Of a DNA stretch of 64,000 nt, positions 56,186 to 64,000 are shown in pieces. Every line of letters starts with the position of its first letter. The first letter of the stretch is position 1. The notes beneath the pieces were generated by a model that ran no database searches, was not told the origin of the DNA, and saw only the letters and a list, made by a program, of their open reading frames with translations. A program made the position numbers and the translations under genes. This DNA is from Clostridia bacterium (GTDB lineage: Bacteria > Bacillota > Clostridia > Christensenellales > UBA1242). The stretch spans positions 14,001 through 78,000 of the forward strand of contig CAADYP010000006.1 in NCBI GenBank assembly GCA_900753315.1, in the 5' to 3' direction.

Positions 56186-59100
56186 TTATTCGTCAAAATC
56201 TCCAAAATCATCAAACAAGTCGATATCATCAAGTCCAGAAGATGGCATTGAAGTTTCTTCTTCAATTTCTTTTTGAACATCTGTCTTTTCGTCTGTGTCT
56301 GAAATCATGTCGTCAATATCAATAGTAACATTCTTCAAATCTTTCTCAACTTCTGCGTCAAGTCCAACCTTGTCTTGTTCGTCTTGAGAAAGTTCAGGAA
56401 GTTCGATTTCTTCATCATTTTCAGTCAAAATCTTGACATCAAGTGCAAGAGCTTGCAATTCTTTTACCAAAACTTTGAATGATTCAGGTATTCCTGGTTC
56501 TGCGATTGGTTGTCCTTTTACGATAGCTTCAAATGTCTTAACTCTTCCTACAACGTCATCTGACTTAACAGTGAGCATTTCTTGAAGAACATGAGATGCA
56601 CCATAAGCTTCCAAAGCCCAAACTTCCATTTCCCCAAATCTTTGTCCACCGAAGAGAGCTTTACCACCAAGTGGTTGTTGAGTGATGAGTGAGTATGGTC
56701 CAATAGAACGAGCATGAATCTTGCTGTCAACCATGTGGTTAAGTTTAAGCATATATTTCATACCAATAGTTGTCTTATTTGCAAAAGGTTCACCGGTTCT
56801 TCCATCATAAAGTTGAACTTTTCCGTCTTGTGGGAAGTTGTTTTCAACCATAAGTTGCTGAATTTTTTCAGCATCAGCACCATCAAAGTCAGGTGTAGCA
56901 ACCTTCCAGCCAAGTGAGCCAGCAACAAGTCCCAAATGCACTTCCAAAACTTGTCCCAAGTTCATACGTGAAGGAACGCCCAATGGGTTCAACACGATAT
57001 CAAGTGGACGGCCGTTTGCCATAAATGGCATATCAGCTTCAGGCATAATAATTGAAATACATCCTTTGTTTCCGTAACGTCCGCTCATCTTATCGCCGAC
57101 AGAGAGTTTTCTCTTTTGAGCAATAAAGACTTTTACAAGTTCGTTTACACCAGGTTCAAGTTCGTCTTTATTCTTTCTGCTAAACACTTGAACATCAACG
57201 ACAACACCACCCTTACCGTGTTGAACACGAAGTGATGTATCTCTAACTTCTCTTGCCTTTTCACCAAAGATAGCACGAAGCAATCTTTCTTCAGGAGAGA
57301 GTTCTGTTTCTCCCTTAGGAGTAACTTTCCCGACCAAGATGTCTCCAGAACGAACTTCAGCACCAATTCTAATGATACCATTTTCGTCAAGGTTTTTAAG
57401 GGCATCTTCGCCAAGGTTTGGAATATCTCTTGTGATTTGTTCATCACCGAGTTTTGTAGTTCTACATTTAAGTTCTTCTGTCTTTAAGCAGATAGAAGTG
57501 AAGACATCTTCCTTAACCAATCTTTCGTTAATCAAGATAGCATCTTCGTAGTTGTATCCTTCCCAGTTCATATAACCGACAAGGACGTTTTTGCCAAGGG
57601 CAAGTTCACCGTTATCAGTTGAATAACCATCAATAATAACTTCACCCTTCTTAACTTGTTCACCCTTAACAACACATGGTTTTTGGTTGAAGCAAGTTTC
57701 ATCGTTTGTTTTGTCAAACTTAATCAAATTGTAAATGTCAACTTCGCCTTTAACATTTTTGATACGAACTTCATCAGCACTTACATAGATTACTTCACCA
57801 TCTTCTCTAGCAAGTTGTGTATAACCGCAGTCATGAGCAACTTTTGCTTCCATACCAGTTCCAACGATAGGAGCTTCTGGTCTAAGAAGAGGCACAGCTT
57901 GACGTTGCATGTTTGCGCCCATGAGCGCACGGTTTGCTTCGTTGCTGTTTACAAATGGAATAAGTGATGTAGCAACAGAGATAAATTGTCTTGGAGAAGC
58001 ATCAACAAAATCAACTTGTTTTGCAGGCACTTCAATAGCATAGTCTTTATGACGACACATAACTCTCTTGTTTACAAATCTGCCTTCTTCATCAAGTGGT
58101 TCTGTCGCTTGAGCGATGTAAGCAGTATCTTCAATATCAGCCATGAAATATTCACATTCATTTGAAACGACACCTGTTTCTTTGTTAACTCTTCTGTATG
58201 GAGTTTCAAGGAAACCATATTCGTTTACTTTTGCATAACTTGTCAAAGTGTTAACAAGTCCGATAGCTTGTCCTTCTGGAGTTTCGATAGGGCAAATTCT
58301 ACCATAGTTTGTGTAGTGAATATCACGAACTTCAGCATCAGCTCTTTCTTTCTTAATACCGCCAGGACCTACAGCTGATACACGGCGTTTTTGTGTAATT
58401 CCTGAAAGTGGGTTAACTTGGTCCATAAGTTGAGACAACTGTGAAGAAGCCACGAAATCACGGAGTGCTCTGTTAATAGCCTTTGGATTTACGATTTGTC
58501 TTGGAGTAACTTCTGAAAGTTCTTTTCCTTGCAATGTTTCTCTAACATTTGCAACAAGTTTTGTTACACCAGAACGGAAGTGGTCATAGAAAAGTTCGCC
58601 AACAGTTGCAATTCTCTTGTTTGACAAGTGTTCAATCTTGTCTGTCTTTGCAATATCTTCCAAAACATCAAGATACATGCTGATTGCAGCCAAAATATCG
58701 TCCATAGTAAGAGTTGTAATCATCAAATCTTTTGCATGTTCTTTGATTGCTTGCATTCTCTTTTCTTTTGTCTTGTTTTCTTTAAGAATTTCAGCAAGAA
58801 CAGGATAATAAACTTCTTCTAAAATGCCCAAACTCTTTTCATCACAAGGGAAGACATCAGAAAGTCTAACTCTGTTGTTTCCTCTCATAAGATATTTTTT
58901 GTCTGAAAGTTGAATCCAAACTTCGTTTACACCGCTTGCTTTAATCTTGTGTGCGATTTCTGGGGTTGCTTCTTGTCCAGCTTTTGCGATAAGTTCGCCA
59001 TCAGGAGAAACAACATCTTCAGCCAAGATATGTCCCAAAACTCTCTTTTCAATAGAGAATTTTTTGTTAAGATTGTATCTTCCAACTCTAGAGAGGTTAT

Positions 59101-59893
59101 ACCATTGATCAGAGAAGAACCACAAGTTTAAATAGCTTCTTGTTGTTTCTGCAGATGGAACATCAGCAGGTCTTGTCTTCTTTGCAAATTCCAAAAGAGC
59201 TTCTTCTTGTGTGTTTTGAGTCTCTTTTTCCAAAACATTTTTGATAAGCCTATGTCCGCCAAACAATTTTGAAATTTCATCAGCAGAATAACCAAAACAT
59301 TTAAGGAAAAGTCCAAGGGTGATTTTGTGTTTTCTATCCAAAACAACTTTCAAAACTTCGTTTGCACCTTGTTCAAATTCAATATACATACCACGCTTTG
59401 GAATAATTTGCCCATGCAAAGTTGTGTTGTCTCTTGACTTATCTCTCAAAAGATAATAATTTGGAGATTTGATAATTTGGTTTACGACAACTCTTTCAAC
59501 ACCATTGAAAATGAAAGAACAGTCTTCTGTCATATAAGGGATATCTCCCAAGAAAACAACATCTTCAACTGCTTGACCTGTTTCTTCAACAACGAAACGA
59601 GTCTTCACATTGAGTGGAATTGAATAAGTAGCACTTCTTCTCTTGCATTCCTTCTTGTCATACTTTGGTTTTGCACTTGTGTCAACGTCAAGAAAATAAA
59701 GTTTTGCCTTTCCAGAATAATCAATGATAGGAGAAAATTCATCAAGGACTTCCTTGATGCCATTTTCAATAAAATCCTTATACGAGTTTCTTTGGATTTC
59801 AAGAAGTGGTGGGATATCGATATAATCTTTTAGTTGAGCAAAGGTATATCTCTCAGTTTTTCCAAATTTTTCTTTTTTCATAATATTAGACAT
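56186..59893 (-). CDS. rpoB: DNA-directed RNA polymerase subunit beta
   Basis: 1235 aa with conserved blocks (GRYNLNKK, RALMGANMQRQAVP, GDKMSGRYGNKG) and an acidic C-terminal tail. Confidence 0.97.
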   Translation of the reverse strand: MSNIMKKEKFGKTERYTFAQLKDYIDIPPLLEIQRNSYKDFIENGIKEVLDEFSPIIDYSGKAKLYFLDVDTSAKPKYDKKECKRRSATYSIPLNVKTRFVVEETGQAVEDVVFLGDIPYMTEDCSFIFNGVERVVVNQIIKSPNYYLLRDKSRDNTTLHGQIIPKRGMYIEFEQGANEVLKVVLDRKHKITLGLFLKCFGYSADEISKLFGGHRLIKNVLEKETQNTQEEALLEFAKKTRPADVPSAETTRSYLNLWFFSDQWYNLSRVGRYNLNKKFSIEKRVLGHILAEDVVSPDGELIAKAGQEATPEIAHKIKASGVNEVWIQLSDKKYLMRGNNRVRLSDVFPCDEKSLGILEEVYYPVLAEILKENKTKEKRMQAIKEHAKDLMITTLTMDDILAAISMYLDVLEDIAKTDKIEHLSNKRIATVGELFYDHFRSGVTKLVANVRETLQGKELSEVTPRQIVNPKAINRALRDFVASSQLSQLMDQVNPLSGITQKRRVSAVGPGGIKKERADAEVRDIHYTNYGRICPIETPEGQAIGLVNTLTSYAKVNEYGFLETPYRRVNKETGVVSNECEYFMADIEDTAYIAQATEPLDEEGRFVNKRVMCRHKDYAIEVPAKQVDFVDASPRQFISVATSLIPFVNSNEANRALMGANMQRQAVPLLRPEAPIVGTGMEAKVAHDCGYTQLAREDGEVIYVSADEVRIKNVKGEVDIYNLIKFDKTNDETCFNQKPCVVKGEQVKKGEVIIDGYSTDNGELALGKNVLVGYMNWEGYNYEDAILINERLVKEDVFTSICLKTEELKCRTTKLGDEQITRDIPNLGEDALKNLDENGIIRIGAEVRSGDILVGKVTPKGETELSPEERLLRAIFGEKAREVRDTSLRVQHGKGGVVVDVQVFSRKNKDELEPGVNELVKVFIAQKRKLSVGDKMSGRYGNKGCISIIMPEADMPFMANGRPLDIVLNPLGVPSRMNLGQVLEVHLGLVAGSLGWKVATPDFDGADAEKIQQLMVENNFPQDGKVQLYDGRTGEPFANKTTIGMKYMLKLNHMVDSKIHARSIGPYSLITQQPLGGKALFGGQRFGEMEVWALEAYGASHVLQEMLTVKSDDVVGRVKTFEAIVKGQPIAEPGIPESFKVLVKELQALALDVKILTENDEEIELPELSQDEQDKVGLDAEVEKDLKNVTIDIDDMISDTDEKTDVQKEIEEETSMPSSGLDDIDLFDDFGDFDE

Positions 59894-60151
59894 AATTACA
59901 ACTCCCCCAATAAATTAAAAAAAGGAATATGGGGCAAAAAAAATACCTCATTATTCCTCGTTTTTCAGTTAAAATAGTAAAAATTCTTTAACATTACAAT
60001 AACTAACCATTTAATTATAACAAATTCCAAGCAGGAAAGTCAATAGTTTTTCAAAACTTTTTCAAATAATCTTCTTAATAAAATTTATTTTTCCATTTAC
60101 TAAATTGATTATATCATATGTTATCAAATTTAATCAAACGTTTTTTAAAGA

Positions 60152-60186
60152 AAAACAAAAAAATGTGCAAGCTGAAAAACTTACAC
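60152..60186 (-). terminator. Terminator after the GLUG-repeat protein gene
   Basis: Minus strand: GTGTAAG-TTTTTCAG-CTTGCAC followed by ATTTTTTTGTTTTT. Confidence 0.6.
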
Positions 60187-60198
60187 ACTTTTATTTAT

Positions 60199-63100
60199 TT
60201 AAGCTTTCGCAAAAACAGGATCGCCGTGTAAATTGATATACATCATGATTCCTGTGTTTTTAGGAACACTTGTCGTAAAGCCAACATTGCAATAATATTC
60301 GCACCCTACTGCCGCTTTCTTTTGCCCTTTAAGAATCTTTATTATTGTTGTAGAGCCTTCTGTTTTATACTCATAACCTTCACTTTCTTTGTATCCAGCT
60401 TCTGGTTCTTGACCACTTTCTGCAATGTCAACAACTTGTCCAGTCATTGAGAAAGTTCCATCTGTTGATGACATATCCAAAACCTTGTTTGTTGATTGTC
60501 CACCAACAATGCTTGAATATGTGTCATTTATAATGTGAGAAAGCAAACTCATATCATGTCCCAAAATTCCGCCAACATAAACAGAGATGTTACCCTTATA
60601 AACATAGACCATTGTTTGAATAGAAACCGCAAAATTGTTTTTCTTCATTACATTTTTGTCTTCACCTTCTTCGTCCTTTTCCGTATGGTCAACGATTGAT
60701 GATGACAACTGAACAATTGTGCTTTCACCAACATATCCAGCAAGTCCACCCATCCCGACAAAGAGAAGCTTGTGACCTTGTGCAAACAATGCTGTTGTTA
60801 CATCAATATTTTCAAATCTTACAATGGTTGTGTCAGCAGTAACTCCACCAGCAACACCGCCAAGATAAGCGAATCCTGTCAAGTTTGCATCTACCACAAT
60901 ATTTGAGAGAATTGTTCCACCATTGATAAGTCCAACAACACCACCTACATAAGTTACGCCAGTGCTTGCACTTTGATTTTCAACATTGATTGATTGATAC
61001 ATCTTAACATTGTCAATTTTACCAGAATTTGAAACCCCAACAACTCCACCAACAGCAGTTGGCTCGTATGGTGTTTTTTTAAAGTTAACAAACGCATCTC
61101 CGCCTGCTATCTTGTTTACAACGACATCACTCAAGTTTCCTTTGCTTTCACCGACAACAAGTCCGCCATAAGAATAAGCGTTGACAATCATATTTGATTG
61201 CACATCAACTTGAAGTTTCTTAACTATAACATTTTCATCAATCAATCCAAATTGCAAACCTGCTTTGTCAGCCAAAACCGCAACAGCAGTATCCGTAACA
61301 CAATCATAAACATAACCACTTCCACTCAAAACACCCGCAATAGAGCCTGCAAACGAATATTTAGAATAGTCCGAAAGTTTAGAATTGAAGTTGTTTCCAC
61401 CAGTCGCTCCATTGTGTCTTGCCTTTGCACTATATTGAGAGTAAACATTTTGCAACTGATAGTTTCCAGTAGCAACCCCAACAACACCGCCAACAATGTT
61501 CTTTCCGACAACAACAACTTGGTCATTTGATGGCAAAGTCAAATTGACATTGAATATTCTTCCACCATCAAGTTTTCCAGCGACAATTCCAACTGCATTC
61601 GTATTTGCAAATGAAATGGTTGTTGGTTTGAAGTTGAAATTCATAACCACACCAACAGCATCAATATTGTTGCTGTTCCCAAGTTCAGCAAACAATCCTG
61701 CTGATGCCATAGGGTCACTTGATACCATGTTTACGCCTGTCACCGTCATAAAGTTACCTTCAAAATAACCCATAAACTTTGTCTTATATGTTTTGCTGTT
61801 GTAAATATAATTAGAGTAATCTACATTTGAAATCAATCTATAATATGAATAGTTATAATCCGCAGAGTTGTTTTCTTGTGTAATATAATCTTCCATGCTT
61901 TCTGCATCATTTATCAAAATTGGATTGTAAACGCTTCCAAGCGTTGCACTGTCACTTGTGTAAATGTAAACATACTTTGCATAAGTAGCCCCCGTCGTCT
62001 CATCAACGATAGTTTCAACCCTGTCAAGTTGTCTCTTTGAGTTTGCGATAATATTTGGAGAAACAAGTTCAATTCTTCCTGTGTTGAAGACTTTTCCAGA
62101 GAAGTTTGACAAATCATTTTTGTTTTCGTTATAGAACCAAACAGATTTAATGCTTCTTCCTTCAGCCACAACAAAAGATTTGAATGTATCTTTCCAATTA
62201 TTAAAGTCTGCTACTCTAATTGGTCTTATGTCGGTATTTTCATCTTTATTGATTTCGCCAATACTAATATTGACACCTTCTATTGTTTCTCCATTTGGTC
62301 CATAAGAAATTGCATTATTAAGCTTATTGCCATTTGTATCTACATCACTATTATTATCTTCAAGATAGAAACATTCTTCAATCTTTCCGGCAGTTGTTCC
62401 AATGCTATTGATTCTTGCAAATCCATAGTTTGATGTTTGTTGACTTTCGAGTACACTCGTTGAGAAGCATTTTGAGATACTGCCAGAGTTTTCAAAAACA
62501 AATCCAGATGCAAACGCACCACTTTGTCTCAACTGAATATTTGAATAACAGTTGTCGATTTGTCCATCATTTGAATAAACAAAACCTGAAACATTGTTGT
62601 TTGATTGAATAAAGTTTTCCGCTCTGTCATAGAACATCACATTTGCTGCCATCAAACCGCTTACATAAGATGTGTGAATTTCACCACTGTTTACAACAAC
62701 AAGTCCAGCAGTAAATTCTGTTGTCGTGTTTGTCTTGTTGTTAAGGCTCGCGTCAGCATAATAACAGCTTGAAATAATTCCAGTGTTTTGTCCAACAAGT
62801 CCAGCAATATTTATGTTTGCAATAATGTTTATTTTTGAGCGTGAATTTGTGATGTATCCAGAGTTGTTTGAAACAAGTCCGGCCACATATGCATTTAATG
62901 CTGTTGTGCTGCAAACAACTGAGAGAGTTGCACCATTTTCAGAATCAATCTCACAGTTCGTAACAATTCCGGCACTGCTTGCTGCCAAAAGTCCAATATT
63001 GAAAGTTTGAACATTTGTTTTGATTACAACATCGTTTGTCAAAACAATTTCCACATTTTTCAAAATCGTGCCTTCTTCAACACTTTCAAAAAGACCAATG

Positions 63101-64000
63101 TTTGTCTCACCAGCAAATTCATAAGTGCCAGCCATTTTAAGTTTATACCCATTTCCATCAAGCCCAGCAATTTTTGCTGAAAGCTGGCTAAATACATCAA
63201 CTTGATGTTCTTTTGCATATTCAGAACCAGGCAAAATAATGTCTTTAAGCAAAATATACCATTCGCCATCTTTCATATCCAAAAGGTCAGCATAAGTTTC
63301 AACAGGAATAGGGCTGTCTTCTGTGCTTTGTTGATGCACTTCAAATGCAAATTCTGTATAAATTGGATTTGCCCCACTTGCAAGACTTCTATATTCATAA
63401 ATACCATTTTTCATCACATAGTTTGCACTTGCAGAGAAGTGATAAATATCACTTGCCGCATTGTAAATCTTTAATGGTGTAATAGTATAAGAATCAATAT
63501 AATAATATTCACTTCTAATTGTTTTGTTTTTTGCCAAAGAAGTTTCTTCGCCATTGAGATAAACTCTCCAAGCAATATTGTTTGTCATACTATTCAAGAA
63601 AGTCTCAACCTCATTAACTACGATAGAATTTGTTGTGTCATATTCAATAAAGTCACGAATATCAAATTGTAATGTATAAGGATTTCCAATAGCAGTGTAA
63701 ATGACTCCATCTTCCATACCTTTGACAATGTCTTGATTTACACCATCTTCATAGACATAACTCATAACATATTCCATAACATACAAATCTATTGTATCTG
63801 TTGTTGAAATAACAACATTGTCGACAGTCTTGCTTGCCGTGGTTGTGATTGTAACTTTGTAACCAACTTCATTGTTGTAGTTGATGCTGTCGGCAGTGAC
63901 ATTCAAAACATAATTGCCATTTACTTTTGAAACATTTGCAACAAAGTTGTTTGTTGAAGTGATTGAAATTTGATCTTCACTAAATCCATAATAATTAAGT
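60199..64000 (-). CDS. Very large surface protein with GLUG-motif repeats (5' end outside the window)
   Basis: The frame stays open from 63906 to the window edge (LNYYGFSEDQISITSTNNFVANVSKVNGNYVLNVTAD..), so the protein exceeds 1266 aa. It has many G(G/L)V(G/V)..N.G.I..(C/V) units (AGLVGQNTGIISSCY, GGLVVGESKGNLSDV, GGVVGVSNSGKIDNV). Confidence 0.85.
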   Translation of the reverse strand, partial: LNYYGFSEDQISITSTNNFVANVSKVNGNYVLNVTADSINYNNEVGYKVTITTTASKTVDNVVISTTDTIDLYVMEYVMSYVYEDGVNQDIVKGMEDGVIYTAIGNPYTLQFDIRDFIEYDTTNSIVVNEVETFLNSMTNNIAWRVYLNGEETSLAKNKTIRSEYYYIDSYTITPLKIYNAASDIYHFSASANYVMKNGIYEYRSLASGANPIYTEFAFEVHQQSTEDSPIPVETYADLLDMKDGEWYILLKDIILPGSEYAKEHQVDVFSQLSAKIAGLDGNGYKLKMAGTYEFAGETNIGLFESVEEGTILKNVEIVLTNDVVIKTNVQTFNIGLLAASSAGIVTNCEIDSENGATLSVVCSTTALNAYVAGLVSNNSGYITNSRSKINIIANINIAGLVGQNTGIISSCYYADASLNNKTNTTTEFTAGLVVVNSGEIHTSYVSGLMAANVMFYDRAENFIQSNNNVSGFVYSNDGQIDNCYSNIQLRQSGAFASGFVFENSGSISKCFSTSVLESQQTSNYGFARINSIGTTAGKIEECFYLEDNNSDVDTNGNKLNNAISYGPNGETIEGVNISIGEINKDENTDIRPIRVADFNNWKDTFKSFVVAEGRSIKSVWFYNENKNDLSNFSGKVFNTGRIELVSPNIIANSKRQLDRVETIVDETTGATYAKYVYIYTSDSATLGSVYNPILINDAESMEDYITQENNSADYNYSYYRLISNVDYSNYIYNSKTYKTKFMGYFEGNFMTVTGVNMVSSDPMASAGLFAELGNSNNIDAVGVVMNFNFKPTTISFANTNAVGIVAGKLDGGRIFNVNLTLPSNDQVVVVGKNIVGGVVGVATGNYQLQNVYSQYSAKARHNGATGGNNFNSKLSDYSKYSFAGSIAGVLSGSGYVYDCVTDTAVAVLADKAGLQFGLIDENVIVKKLQVDVQSNMIVNAYSYGGLVVGESKGNLSDVVVNKIAGGDAFVNFKKTPYEPTAVGGVVGVSNSGKIDNVKMYQSINVENQSASTGVTYVGGVVGLINGGTILSNIVVDANLTGFAYLGGVAGGVTADTTIVRFENIDVTTALFAQGHKLLFVGMGGLAGYVGESTIVQLSSSIVDHTEKDEEGEDKNVMKKNNFAVSIQTMVYVYKGNISVYVGGILGHDMSLLSHIINDTYSSIVGGQSTNKVLDMSSTDGTFSMTGQVVDIAESGQEPEAGYKESEGYEYKTEGSTTIIKILKGQKKAAVGCEYYCNVGFTTSVPKNTGIMMYINLHGDPVFAKA

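Noticed and set aside
1-64000. Search for CRISPR arrays, IS elements/transposases, integrases, prophage genes, rRNA operons, reverse transcriptases and known multi-gene defence systems
   Set aside because: No translated ORF showed the corresponding signatures: DDE/HUH transposase, tyrosine or serine recombinase, Cas, terminase/portal or RT motifs. I saw no spaced repeat array by eye. The scan was manual, so short or degenerate elements could have been missed.

Overview
This is an AT-rich bacterial chromosome segment, roughly one-third GC by eye (not computed). It uses the standard code: TGA is a stop, and the RF2 gene carries its TGA-dependent +1 frameshift. Gene content and synteny point to a small-genome Bacillota (Firmicutes)-type organism. 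The supporting blocks are secG-rnr-smpB-ssrA, rpsO-pnp, recJ-rel-hemZ-like, rpoB-rpoC, a yhaO/yhaN-like pair, tandem YwaF-family proteins, phosphoketolase and a GLUG-repeat surface protein.

I support about 50 protein genes, 5 tRNAs (Leu-UAA, Cys-GCA, Gly-GCC, Thr-GGU, Leu-CAA), one tmRNA, and a set of promoter-like elements and hairpin terminators. Almost all core genes read on the minus strand. The plus-strand genes, apart from pyk, form small blocks of uncharacterised genes at 15.0-16.1 kb, 26.1-28.0 kb and 34.7-36.6 kb.

I saw no rRNA, CRISPR array, transposase, integrase or phage structural gene.

The observations most worth a second look are:
- a coupled small acidic protein plus an oversized PIN-like nuclease (15.0-16.1 kb)
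- a long Rel/SpoT homologue whose HD hydrolase motifs are all missing
- a Rad50-like ATPase with a transmembrane hairpin at the coiled-coil apex, in a four-gene operon that looks leaderless
- a 605-aa AlaRS lacking the C-Ala domain
- a decayed toxin-like fragment plus a DUF4926-like gene next to tRNA-Thr
- a block of uncharacterised genes between rpoC and recJ: a repeat protein, an M3-like peptidase, a transglutaminase-like protein and an alkaline phosphatase

All family assignments rest on motif recognition by eye and need profile searches to confirm.
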